DNA of 64,000 nucleotides, taken from the IMG/VR virus record IMGVR_UViG_3300025889_000083, positions 40,149-104,148 of that record, one strand, 5' to 3'. The notes below the pieces were generated by a model, which saw nothing but the letters and a program-made list of their open reading frames with translations, ran no database searches and had not been told where the DNA came from. Every line of letters begins with the position of its first letter. Position 1 is the first letter of the stretch. Positions 1 to 9,530 of the stretch are shown piece by piece. The position numbers and the translations under genes are program-made. The stretch comes from a virus.

Positions 1-462
1 TGTACCAGTACTTCTTGATGTTGCTGTTCCTTGCGATGTATTATAAGCTGTTGTAGTACTTCTACTTGTAGCAGTTCCTCTTGATGTACCAGTTGATTGT
101 GTAGTATTAAATGTAGTTGTTGTTGACTGACTAGTGTTAAATGTAGTTGTAGTACTTTGTGAAGTTCCTGTTGCTCTACTTGTTGCAGTTGACTGAGTAG
201 TATTAAATGTAGTTATTGTATTAAAGACAGTGCTAGTATCAAAGACAGTAGTTGTATTAAAAGTAGTTACCTGAATACCTGATACATATGTTGTTTCAGT
301 ATTTGTAACTCGCAATGTATCATGCACTGCAACAAATGGTCCTTCTAACGAACCACCATCATTTACATAAACTTCATTGGCACGACGAAGCGTACCGCCA
401 TCGTTGACAGCTACAAAGCGTAACTGGCGTAAAGTGCCATTGTCGTTTACATAAATTGCCAT
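1..462 (-). CDS. Thr/Ser-rich repetitive protein, probably virion-associated (runs off window edge)
   Basis: Not in ORF track. ATG at 462, open to position 1: MAIYVNDNGTLRQLRFVAVNDGG...TTTTFNTSQSTTTTFNTTQSTGTSRGTATSRS; follows tail-fibre cluster. Confidence 0.75.
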   Translation of the reverse strand, partial: MAIYVNDNGTLRQLRFVAVNDGGTLRRANEVYVNDGGSLEGPFVAVHDTLRVTNTETTYVSGIQVTTFNTTTVFDTSTVFNTITTFNTTQSTATSRATGTSQSTTTTFNTSQSTTTTFNTTQSTGTSRGTATSRSTTTAYNTSQGTATSRSTGT

Positions 463-473
463 TTAATTATCTC

Positions 474-692
474 TTAATATACGTACCAGACGTGTCCACT
501 ACTTGTTGATCCTACGGAAACTGGAGCAGTTGTTGTTATTGTGTAAGGAAGTCGAGCAGAAGCAATAGTTCCACTATCGATTTTATCGGCAGAGATAGTT
601 ACACTTGCCATTCCTCTACTTGAATCAATACTTTCTGTTCCGTCTACGGATAGACCAGCGTCTTCGATATTAAAGTTTAGTTTTACACCCAT
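474..692 (-). CDS. small tail-fibre-associated protein
   Basis: ISADKIDSGTIASARLP repeat unit and C-terminal GHVWY motif typical of fibre-associated proteins; context. Confidence 0.55.
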   Translation of the reverse strand: MGVKLNFNIEDAGLSVDGTESIDSSRGMASVTISADKIDSGTIASARLPYTITTTAPVSVGSTSSGHVWYVY

Positions 693-693
693 T

Positions 694-3600
694 TTATACC
701 TCTATTGTTGTTCTAATAAATTTGTAAGTCATGCTATCTGTTGAAGCAGGAGTTACTAATAATCTTACATTACCACCGCTTATATCTGCATCAAATGTTG
801 CCTGAGCAAGATTGTCAAAGATAGATGCGAACTGTGTTAAGTATACATTTGTTCCGTCATGGAAAAGTAAAATTTCTAATGCTTGATAATCCCCATCAGT
901 TGTGTTATGAACCTGTACTATATATTTTGCAGTTCTAAATGTTGCTGAAGCGAAAGAATCAAGTGCAAATTGTGATGTTGAAGATGAACTTCCTGTACCT
1001 ACATCCATACCCGCCACTTCATCAATGTGAAGTTTTTGTGGTGGGCTTGTATCTTGAATACCTAATACACCTGCTGCATTTGTTATATCAGTAGTTCCAT
1101 TACCAAGTGTTGTTGTTCCTTGTGTATTTACATCACCTGAGAAAGTTACTGTGCCACTAAATGTTTGTCCACTTAATGCACCACTTGCTAACTCACTTGT
1201 TCCAATAGCATTTGCGGCAATCTTAGCTGAAGTTACTGAATTACTTGCTAAATGAATTGCATCTACAGATCCAGTTACTAACTCACTTGAATCTACTGAG
1301 TTTGCAGCAATTTCAGATGAACCTACTGCATTACCTGCTATTTCACTTGAGCCTACTGCATTTCCAGCAATCTTAGTTGCGGTTACTGCATTTGAAGCAA
1401 TGTGTATTTCATCAATAGATCCACTTACTAATTCGCTAGAATCTACTGAGTTTGCTGCTAAGTGTGATGCATCTATAGAATCAGTTGCAATTTTATTTGC
1501 GGTTACTGCATTATCTGCAATATGAATATCATCAATTGATCCACTTACTAATTCACTGCTATCTACTGAGTTAGCGGCGATTTCTGTTGCTGTAACTGCA
1601 TTTACTGCAATTTTCGCATTTGTTACTTGTAAGTCTCCAATATGAATAGTATCAATGCTACCACTTACTAACTCACTTGAATCTACTGAGTTAGCGGCGA
1701 TTTTTGTTGATGTTACAGCATTATCTGTTATTTGTAAAGTACCTACGCCATTAGTTTCAATTTCACTTGTTCCAACTGAGTTTGCTGCAATATGTCTTGC
1801 TACTATTGAATTACTTGCAATTTCGTCACTTGTTACAGCATTTGCGCTGAAGTGAATTGTATCAATAGACCCACTTGCTAATTCGCTGGAGTCTACTGAG
1901 TTTGCAGCTATTTTAGCAGCTGTTACAGCATTTGCTGCTATTTTTGCTTCGGTTACAGAATCAGTTGATAAGTGAACTGCATTAACAGCACCACTTATAA
2001 TTTCAGCAGAATCTACTGCATTTGCGGCGATCTCTGAAGATCCTACTGCTCCTGCACTAATATGTATTGCTAGAATAGAATCAGTTGCAATTTCACTTGA
2101 TCCAACTGAATTTTCTGCAATTTCTTCTGATCCAACTGCATTTGCAGCGATCTGTAAAGAGCCTACTGCGTTAGCAGCTACTGCACTTGCTGTTCCTGTT
2201 AAGTTTCCTTCGACATTTGCTACAAGAGTTCCTACTGTATAACCAGAAGCACCTGTGTCTACAGTTGAAGTAGGAGCTACTTGTGAATCAACAAATAGTT
2301 TCCATTTGTTGTCATTTGCATCTCTGAAAAGACCTGCATATAAATCTGTTCCTGCTGGATCGTATAATCCATAAAGTCCGATATCGATTGCATCTGTTGA
2401 ATCATTTGTAGATGCAACCTGTACAAGACCATCTTCAACTGTTAATGTTGTTGAAGAAACTATAGTCTCGCTTCCTGAAACAGTTAAGTTTCCAGAAACT
2501 ACTAAGTCATTCATTGTAAAGTTTGAAGTATTTGATAATTTCGCACCAGTAATAGCATTGTCTGCTAAATGAATAGTTAATACGCTACCAGTTACTAACT
2601 CACTTGAATCCACTGAGTTTGCGGCGATTGTTTCTGCAGTAACTGCATTTGAAGCAATTTTATTTGCTGTAACTGCGTTTGCGGCAATAGCATTTTCTAC
2701 AACTGCACTTGCTGATAAGTGAATTGAATCGATAGAGCCAGTTACAAGTTCGCTACTATCAACAGAGTTTTCTGCTATTTCTGCGGAACCTACTGCATTT
2801 GCGGCTATTTTAGCAGCTGTTACTGCATTGTCACCTAAGTTATGAGTTGTAACATTTCCTTCTACAATATGTCTTGTTAAAATACTATTTGTAGCAATTT
2901 TATCTGATGTAACTGCATTATCTTGAAGACAGTGTGTTTGAATTGAGTTACCAGCAATAATTCCATGAGTAACAGAGTTAGAAGCAATTTCAACTCCTGT
3001 TACAGCATTTGCTGCTATTTTAGCAGTTGTTACTGCTAATGAAGCAATCTGCGCTGATCCAACTGCATCACTTGCTATTTCACTTGTACCTACTGCATTT
3101 GCACTAATTTCAGCATTTGTTATAGAGTTATCTGCCATCGCATCATTAGTAACTGCATTTGTTCCAATATGAATTGTATCTACTGCTCCAGAAGCAAGAT
3201 GTACTCCTGTAACTGCATTACTTGCGATTTGAGTTGATTGTACTGAGTTTAATTTAATTTCTGCGGAGCCTACTGAATTAGAAGCTATTTTTGCAGTTGT
3301 AACTGCATTAGCTGCTATTTGTACTGTTCCTACTGAATCAGTTGCTAAATGTAAAGCTGTGATTGAATTTGTTGATATTTCACTTGATCCTACAACGTTC
3401 TCTGCTATCTTAGCGGCAGTAATTGCGTTGTCGGTAATATGTGTAGTTTGTACTGCATCGGTTGCAAGTTCTGAACTTGTAACCGCATTTTCAGCGATTT
3501 CACTTTGACCTACTGCATTAGCGGCTATCTGTGGAGCACCGACAGCATTTGAGGCGATCTCTGCAGTATCTACAGAGTTAGCGGCAATTTCATTTGAAGT

Positions 3601-3951
3601 GACAGCATTTGCAGCTAGTTTTGCAGTTGTAACTGCACCAGTTGAAATATGAATAGAATCAATAGACCCACTTACTAATTCGCTGGAGTCTACTGAGTTT
3701 GCAGCAATAGCTGCTGCATCAATTGAGTTATCGCTTACTGCTGTAACTGCTGTACTCGCTAATTCCCTAGATGTAATAGCGTTTGCTTGAATCTTAGCGG
3801 AAGTAATCGAGTTAGTTGATAGTTCTGAAGTTGTAATACAGTTTGCAGTAATTTCTGATGCAGTAATACTATTGCTTACAATTTCGGTTGTACCAACTGA
3901 GTTTGCTTCTAGCGATGCTACAAGTGCTAGTTGTTTACCTATAAGTGCCAT
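694..3951 (-). CDS. long repetitive tail fibre/spike protein (5/10-residue repeats)
   Basis: Dozens of AANAVTAAKI / AANSVDSSEL / VSGSIDTIHI units around a non-repetitive insert; C-terminal domain with FRTAKYIVQ...EILLFHDGT. Confidence 0.75.
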   Translation of the reverse strand: MALIGKQLALVASLEANSVGTTEIVSNSITASEITANCITTSELSTNSITSAKIQANAITSRELASTAVTAVSDNSIDAAAIAANSVDSSELVSGSIDSIHISTGAVTTAKLAANAVTSNEIAANSVDTAEIASNAVGAPQIAANAVGQSEIAENAVTSSELATDAVQTTHITDNAITAAKIAENVVGSSEISTNSITALHLATDSVGTVQIAANAVTTAKIASNSVGSAEIKLNSVQSTQIASNAVTGVHLASGAVDTIHIGTNAVTNDAMADNSITNAEISANAVGTSEIASDAVGSAQIASLAVTTAKIAANAVTGVEIASNSVTHGIIAGNSIQTHCLQDNAVTSDKIATNSILTRHIVEGNVTTHNLGDNAVTAAKIAANAVGSAEIAENSVDSSELVTGSIDSIHLSASAVVENAIAANAVTANKIASNAVTAETIAANSVDSSELVTGSVLTIHLADNAITGAKLSNTSNFTMNDLVVSGNLTVSGSETIVSSTTLTVEDGLVQVASTNDSTDAIDIGLYGLYDPAGTDLYAGLFRDANDNKWKLFVDSQVAPTSTVDTGASGYTVGTLVANVEGNLTGTASAVAANAVGSLQIAANAVGSEEIAENSVGSSEIATDSILAIHISAGAVGSSEIAANAVDSAEIISGAVNAVHLSTDSVTEAKIAANAVTAAKIAANSVDSSELASGSIDTIHFSANAVTSDEIASNSIVARHIAANSVGTSEIETNGVGTLQITDNAVTSTKIAANSVDSSELVSGSIDTIHIGDLQVTNAKIAVNAVTATEIAANSVDSSELVSGSIDDIHIADNAVTANKIATDSIDASHLAANSVDSSELVSGSIDEIHIASNAVTATKIAGNAVGSSEIAGNAVGSSEIAANSVDSSELVTGSVDAIHLASNSVTSAKIAANAIGTSELASGALSGQTFSGTVTFSGDVNTQGTTTLGNGTTDITNAAGVLGIQDTSPPQKLHIDEVAGMDVGTGSSSSTSQFALDSFASATFRTAKYIVQVHNTTDGDYQALEILLFHDGTNVYLTQFASIFDNLAQATFDADISGGNVRLLVTPASTDSMTYKFIRTTIEV

Positions 3952-4283
3952 TATGTTTGCTCCAAATATGACAGAACAACGTCTATGCTGTCTACGACGT
4001 TACTCTGAACCTTGATGGCGTCTCCTGCCTCTAAAACTACTTTTGCATCTCCTCCGACTAATACCAATGTTGATCCACTTGGAATCGGCGTGGCGGCTGT
4101 AAGAGAAACGTGAGTTGCTGAACTACTATCGTAAAACTCACAGTTTGCTTCAATTTGACCTCCACTCTGATTACAGAGATAAAGACCAATAATCGTAGAT
4201 GTCGTGCTCGATGGGCATGTATATACTGTCGTAAGTGAAGTATTTACATTTGCCTTGGAAGCAGTTTTAAATGCTGATGCCAT
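3951..4283 (-). CDS. virion structural protein (beta-sandwich)
   Basis: TVYTCPS...KVVLEAGDAIKV...DVVLSYLE pattern common in marine phage structural genes; stop/start coupling. Confidence 0.55.
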   Translation of the reverse strand: MASAFKTASKANVNTSLTTVYTCPSSTTSTIIGLYLCNQSGGQIEANCEFYDSSSATHVSLTAATPIPSGSTLVLVGGDAKVVLEAGDAIKVQSNVVDSIDVVLSYLEQT

Positions 4284-4287
4284 AATC

Positions 4288-4488
4288 TTATCCTAATGCT
4301 ATACTCAACGCTAGTGCTTCTGATTCAGAAATACCTGCAGATGCCATAACAACTATGTCACCACTAGCGTTTTTTGTATAAATCTTTTGGTCAGAAACAT
4401 TCATAGCTATTTCGTGTGTTTCTAAATCCCCTGTGCCTGGAACTGATCCAGGTGTTTCTGACCTTTTAATTTTGATTACATGGGACAT
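4288..4488 (-). CDS. small tail-fibre-associated protein
   Basis: VIKIKRS...P...L...EIAMN..D.KIY N-terminal module shared with adjacent gene; ends ALALSIALG. Confidence 0.55.
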   Translation of the reverse strand: MSHVIKIKRSETPGSVPGTGDLETHEIAMNVSDQKIYTKNASGDIVVMASAGISESEALALSIALG

Positions 4489-4489
4489 C

Positions 4490-6259
4490 TTAGAACGTTC
4501 CTCCGTCTAATGTATTTGTCCATGTTATTGTTCCGTTGTTACCAACTTGTAGCATTTGTCCTACTGAGTTGGTTGAGTCGTATGTGCCGATTGCTAAAGT
4601 AGTAAACTGATTGCCACCATTTGCTCCGAAGATTAAATCTCCTTCTGCAATCGCATCATCAAGACCTTTAATTTGTAAAGTATCTGCAACAATTTCAAGT
4701 GAGGTATCGTCTACATTTACTGAAAGTGTATTTCCAGATTTTGCTAAACCATCACCTGCTGTAACCTGTCCAGCTCCTGAGAATTGAGTAAATGTTAAAG
4801 CATCGCTACCAAGTGTTGCAGATCCTGTAATATTTGTTAATACAAAACCAGCATCGGCATTAGTTGATCCTTCTTCTACAAAAGTGAAAAGACCACCTGT
4901 TACTTCTGCACTTGAGTCTGCATCAGTTACACGAGTAAGTACAAATGGTGTACCTGCATCACCAACTGTTGTTACAGAGTAAATACCGTTTTGAGTTCCT
5001 GTTGATTGATCTTTAACAAGTACTCTATCACCAGATGAAAGTGTTACACCATCTACTGAAATTGCACCATTTGAGTCAGCTGTAAGAGTTGCACCTACAC
5101 CACCTGTTCCATTATCATAAGTTGCTGATAAGTTTGCTGTGGTTGCTACTCGTACTGAATCTTTGATATCGAGTGCTTGTTTAACGCTATCTACATATGC
5201 TTTTGTTGTTGCATCTGTTGCTTGAGTAGGAGTTCCAATATTGGTAAGTCTATTACCTCCAAAGTTAACTGTTTGTGAGGAAGCAACTGTAAATCCAGCA
5301 TCAAAGTCTGCTGATTGTGAGAAAGTTGCTGTACCTGTTACTGTTATTGTATCCCCTGCGGCGTCTCCAAGAGTTACAGCACCATTTGCTGTTAAAGCTC
5401 CTGTAATATCTACGCTTGATGAGAAAGTAGCGGCATTAGTTACTCCTAATGTTCCTGAAATACTTGTATTACCTTCTCCTGCTGAAACTGTAAATTTATC
5501 TGTATTAACAGTTAAGTTACCTACTGTATTTACTGTTCCGCTAAAATCTGTTGTGGTTGCGTTGACATCGAAAGTACCAGTTGTAATTTCTACTTCAGTA
5601 TCTGCATCAATGTCTAATTGACCATCTGCACTTGATCCAATAGTAAGTGCATCGTCTCTAAATTGAAGTTCACTTGCTCCATTTAATAATAGACCAGTAT
5701 CTGCTACGTGTGTTAATGTAACATCGCTGTCTACACCAAATGATAATACATGCGCATCATTACCAAATAAAACATTCTTACCAAAGTCAATGACTTCACT
5801 ACCATTAGTAGTAACAAATTTTAGATATGAGGTTCCGCCTTCGTTTATATCTAAAGCTGCTGCTTCATTATCTGGTATTGTAAGAGAGTTGGCTTGTGCG
5901 TCTAAGTCAATAGTGCCACCATGAGTAATAATTAAATTACCACTTGGTGCGATTGTTAGATCTGCACTTGATACTGTTGAAAGTGTATCTGTTGAGCCAG
6001 TAATAACAATATTACCAGTTTTTAACTGGTCAATTTTACTACTTGAATCTACTACAATAGCTGAACTTGCGGTAAGAGTACCTGCGGCGTGATCTAGCAT
6101 CTCTACATAGAGATCTCCACCTATAGTTGTTACTGTTCCAGAGCCAGGAGCACCAATAAAGAATTTCTTCGAGTTGGATGAGTATGCTATTTCCCCTGCA
6201 CTTAAAGAAACAGGCGAGGCGGTCGTGCTACTTCTTTTAATTTTAATTACTTGTGCCAT
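4490..6259 (-). CDS. tail fibre protein
   Basis: VIKIKRS anchor; DATTKAYVD; DIKDSVRVATTAN...GDRVLVKDQ...QNGIY fibre module; ends LDGGTF. Confidence 0.75.
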   Translation of the reverse strand: MAQVIKIKRSSTTASPVSLSAGEIAYSSNSKKFFIGAPGSGTVTTIGGDLYVEMLDHAAGTLTASSAIVVDSSSKIDQLKTGNIVITGSTDTLSTVSSADLTIAPSGNLIITHGGTIDLDAQANSLTIPDNEAAALDINEGGTSYLKFVTTNGSEVIDFGKNVLFGNDAHVLSFGVDSDVTLTHVADTGLLLNGASELQFRDDALTIGSSADGQLDIDADTEVEITTGTFDVNATTTDFSGTVNTVGNLTVNTDKFTVSAGEGNTSISGTLGVTNAATFSSSVDITGALTANGAVTLGDAAGDTITVTGTATFSQSADFDAGFTVASSQTVNFGGNRLTNIGTPTQATDATTKAYVDSVKQALDIKDSVRVATTANLSATYDNGTGGVGATLTADSNGAISVDGVTLSSGDRVLVKDQSTGTQNGIYSVTTVGDAGTPFVLTRVTDADSSAEVTGGLFTFVEEGSTNADAGFVLTNITGSATLGSDALTFTQFSGAGQVTAGDGLAKSGNTLSVNVDDTSLEIVADTLQIKGLDDAIAEGDLIFGANGGNQFTTLAIGTYDSTNSVGQMLQVGNNGTITWTNTLDGGTF

Positions 6260-6279
6260 ATTTATATCCTAGTCGAGCT

Positions 6280-6660
6280 TTAAAAAGCTCCTGCGTCTAT
6301 CGTGTCCGAATCCGCTGAATCGTTACCTATCATTATAGGAACAAAACTAAACGTTCCTTCAGTTGTTTCACGATAAATCTTTAACTGATTATCGTCAGTA
6401 TCGTAAAATAAATCTCCTTCCGCTAAATTAGTTGTATTTGCGGTAGGTGCTGTCGTTGCGACAAAAAATTGATTAGCAAGAAAATTGAGTGCGCCTTCTA
6501 CTGTTGTTTGTCCAGTAAGTGTTCCTACTGGAGAATTAAAAGTAATTGACCCTGCGTCACTAGCTGCATCGGCTACGGCAGATGATATTGTCAGAGTTGT
6601 GGTCTGTGCTGTGGCATTAAGCGTAGTATTGTTAGGAGTTAATGTTAAGGTTAATGCCAT
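6280..6660 (-). CDS. tail-fibre-associated protein
   Basis: TAP...EGDLFYDTDDNQLKIY motif; ends IDAGAF like neighbour. Confidence 0.55.
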   Translation of the reverse strand: MALTLTLTPNNTTLNATAQTTTLTISSAVADAASDAGSITFNSPVGTLTGQTTVEGALNFLANQFFVATTAPTANTTNLAEGDLFYDTDDNQLKIYRETTEGTFSFVPIMIGNDSADSDTIDAGAF

Positions 6661-6998
6661 TATCGTGTAACGTTTTGAGTGACTCTTGCTACTCCTTGAA
6701 TTAGTCTTGTCATAGTATTTGTACTACTATTATACAATTCTAAATCATAGTAATATTTACCTGACGCAATATTTGCAGTTGTTGCATATGGTAAAGTCAT
6801 TTTAAAGACACCATTAGCTGCATCTGTTATTGAACAAGTAAATGTTGCTGTAAGAGTATCGGAAGAAGGCGTAGGACGTAGCTGTGCACTTGCCGTATGA
6901 CTAGACAAATTGATTGCTGTTCCATCTTGTGCTATTGCGATTTGGAGCGAGAAATCTGCTCCTTGGTCGATAACAATATCATAGTTTCCTGCTGCCAT
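6660..6998 (-). CDS. BppU-like fibre attachment/adaptor protein
   Basis: IDQGADF...INLS...GKYYYDLEL...RLIQG...VTR pattern; AGGAG RBS. Confidence 0.65.
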   Translation of the reverse strand: MAAGNYDIVIDQGADFSLQIAIAQDGTAINLSSHTASAQLRPTPSSDTLTATFTCSITDAANGVFKMTLPYATTANIASGKYYYDLELYNSSTNTMTRLIQGVARVTQNVTR

Positions 6999-7024
6999 TC
7001 TTAACTTATACTCCTATATGCTAA

Positions 7025-7053
7025 ATTATAACAAAATATAAGTGAGAAGTCAA
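7025..7053 (-). promoter_or_regulatory. sigma70-type promoter for downstream fibre cluster
   Basis: TTGACT-N17-TATAAT preceded by AAAAATAGTTC. Confidence 0.8.
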
Positions 7054-7077
7054 GAACTATTTTTGAGAGGTGTAAGA

Positions 7078-7275
7078 TTATTCTGTTGGTTTAGGATATT
7101 TATCCTTGACCGCTTTTAACTCTGTATAAAAACTTGAAGTCTTTGCGGTCTCACCCAATAGACCAGTATCAATAGCATGAAACAACTTATCAAATTGTTC
7201 CTTTAATTCTGGGTACTCACTTGCGCGAGATTCTGCATAAGTGTAATTTTTGCTAAGTGATATTTCTAGTGCCAT
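7078..7275 (-). CDS. small tail fibre assembly/chaperone-like protein
   Basis: R..EYP.L.EQ.D.LFH...AVKDKYPKP motif seen in marine phage tail clusters. Confidence 0.6.
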   Translation of the reverse strand: MALEISLSKNYTYAESRASEYPELKEQFDKLFHAIDTGLLGETAKTSSFYTELKAVKDKYPKPTE

Positions 7276-7685
7276 TACTTTGTAACCTCCAGTGTAAATG
7301 TTTTTGACTTATAGTTATCTTTTGATAAGATTACTGTATATCTTGTTGCTACTTGTGTTCCTGTAAATGTTATTGTGCCATCTGCTGGAACTGTTCCTTT
7401 GTTTACATTATCTACAGTAACGGTTGTTCCTTCTGGTAGTCCACTAAAACTTAATGTTCCATTAAGTGTAATACTGGTTGTAGATAGGTCTGGATTAAAA
7501 TTTCCATACTGTACTAATGCACCATCTGCTATATAATAATCATCAATAGATGGTAGTGTATCTACTATTACTTGTAAATAAGAATAGCCATGTTCGGCTT
7601 GTGCACTAATAGCAGAGGCGTCACAAGCTGCGACTGTCGCCCATGCAATTTTTCCGTTATTGTCATAAAAAATATTGTATTCCAT
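7275..7685 (-). CDS. hypothetical tail protein with C-terminal Ig/PEGA-like segment
   Basis: GLPEGTTVTVD...YTVILSKDNY; AGGAG RBS. Confidence 0.5.
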   Translation of the reverse strand: MEYNIFYDNNGKIAWATVAACDASAISAQAEHGYSYLQVIVDTLPSIDDYYIADGALVQYGNFNPDLSTTSITLNGTLSFSGLPEGTTVTVDNVNKGTVPADGTITFTGTQVATRYTVILSKDNYKSKTFTLEVTK

Positions 7686-7693
7686 TTATTCTC

Positions 7694-8563
7694 CTATGCG
7701 AATGGACTTGTTCCGTTATAAATTAAGTATGAATAGTAAATAGTTTCTTCTCCTCCAAATGCAGTATTGCTATATGCCATCCCATTCCATAAATTTTGGT
7801 ATCCTTCTTTATAATCATTACTAATTGTTAAATGTGTTGTATTTGTTGAAAAACTAACTCCAGAGTATCCTACTGTAATGCCATCTCCCACTGCCAGTCC
7901 GCCAACTGTTTCATATTCTTTATAATATCCACTATTTGTTAAAAATCCATATTGAGTTGTTGCTGGTACAATATCAGAGTCATAAGCTGGGTATACTTGT
8001 GAAGCATGTAAATCTCCTGCTCCTCCACTCAATGTAATTGTAGGTACTGGGCTATTTCCGCCGTATTTTGGAACATTTGTAATTGTTATACTCGTTATAC
8101 TACCACCTGAAATAGTTGCATATCCTGTAGCCTGAACTGTTCCTCCAGCTCCTGTATAAGCAACTCCACCCGTAGCTGTAAATGGTATTGTTGAACCTAC
8201 ATATCCTGATCCAGCATTTGTAATACTTACGTTTGCACTTCCAAAAGTGTAGTAATCAGTAAAAAATGGTACATACATACTTGCCACACTTACAGTTGCA
8301 GTATTAGACGGACTAGACTCATTTATGTCATCTGGAAAACAATACGTAACGCTTGCATACGGTTTAAAACCTAATCCATGAGAAAAACTTCTTGTGCCTC
8401 CTGGACTTAGTATTCCTTGTCCTTTAGTAACAGTATTAAAACCTTTTACAGCATTTGAGTCAAATACCAAAGAAGAACTTGTACTCGCAACATTTTGTCC
8501 TTCTCTACTAATAAAGATTCCGTAGTCACTGCCTCTATTTCCTATTAAAACTCTATTTGCCAT
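7694..8563 (-). CDS. tail tip accessory protein (paralog 3)
   Basis: N-terminal RVLIG...GIFISR.G..V......LVFDS shared with the two upstream genes; ITNAGSGY repeats. Confidence 0.6.
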   Translation of the reverse strand: MANRVLIGNRGSDYGIFISREGQNVASTSSSLVFDSNAVKGFNTVTKGQGILSPGGTRSFSHGLGFKPYASVTYCFPDDINESSPSNTATVSVASMYVPFFTDYYTFGSANVSITNAGSGYVGSTIPFTATGGVAYTGAGGTVQATGYATISGGSITSITITNVPKYGGNSPVPTITLSGGAGDLHASQVYPAYDSDIVPATTQYGFLTNSGYYKEYETVGGLAVGDGITVGYSGVSFSTNTTHLTISNDYKEGYQNLWNGMAYSNTAFGGEETIYYSYLIYNGTSPFA

Positions 8564-8985
8564 TAAAATAAACTCGTATTTGGTATACCTTTTAGTATAA
8601 AGGTAAATGTATTTTGTGTTTGTACTGGATTTGTGTTTGTTCCTACGCTATTTGTTGCTGTAGTTATTTGAACATTTGTTCCAGAATTTAAAGTAATATT
8701 TGCGGTATCATTTGCTCCCACAGGTTTAAATACCATTGCACTTTCGCCAGATGCCAAAGTAGGTACTCCACTAGTAATAGTTCTTGTACTTGCAGGTGCC
8801 TGAGAAGCAGAAGGTATCTCTAATAAAACTAAAGCATGATCTACTTGGTCTTGGTCATCTGAAGAAAATAGTAATTGATCTGAAGTACAAGTTTGTACAT
8901 TATAACCTGGTCTACTTACCCATAGCCCAAAGTTACTTGTACCTCTTGTAGAGGATCCTTTACCTAATAAAACTCTATCTACCAT
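8563..8985 (-). CDS. tail tip accessory protein (paralog 2)
   Basis: RVLLGKGSSTRGTSNFGLWVSRPG. Confidence 0.6.
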   Translation of the reverse strand: MVDRVLLGKGSSTRGTSNFGLWVSRPGYNVQTCTSDQLLFSSDDQDQVDHALVLLEIPSASQAPASTRTITSGVPTLASGESAMVFKPVGANDTANITLNSGTNVQITTATNSVGTNTNPVQTQNTFTFILKGIPNTSLF

Positions 8986-9530
8986 AAATTTGCTGTATCT
9001 CCTAAAGTTGGATGGTTTCCTAGATTTTGTGTTGTACCACTTGAATCTACATAAGTATTACCCATAAATCCAAAAGCATTTGGTATTTTTAAAACGACAA
9101 AAGCACCCGCTGCACTTGTTCGTGAAGTATTGCCTGGAGAATATGATACATTCATACGGAGTGGAGTTACACTTGTATTTGAAATTTTATAAGTATCATA
9201 CTCTCTAATAAGATCTTCTGTAAAACTGTCAAAGCTTGGATTACTTACTATATTTTCATTATGTAAAATTGCTGTATTTGCCTCATTTACTAAAACCTCT
9301 GGAATATAAGTTAATGTTGCCTTACTTCCAGATGTCCAAGTTATAGCGGATGAAGTTGCTGTAAAATTTGCACCTGCATATATCAATCCTGTTCGTACTG
9401 TTGTAGAATCAAAAATTAGATTATTTGCAGTTGTTGTCTCAACATTTGCTGAAGGTTTTGATACCCATAGCCCAAAATTACTTGTGCCTCTTGTTGCTGT
9501 TCCTTTACCAAATAAAACTCTACTAGGCAT
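8979..9530 (-). CDS. tail tip accessory protein (paralog 1)
   Basis: RVLFGKGTATRGTSNFGLWVSKPS; directly after J-like gene. Confidence 0.6.
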   Translation of the reverse strand: MPSRVLFGKGTATRGTSNFGLWVSKPSANVETTTANNLIFDSTTVRTGLIYAGANFTATSSAITWTSGSKATLTYIPEVLVNEANTAILHNENIVSNPSFDSFTEDLIREYDTYKISNTSVTPLRMNVSYSPGNTSRTSAAGAFVVLKIPNAFGFMGNTYVDSSGTTQNLGNHPTLGDTANLW

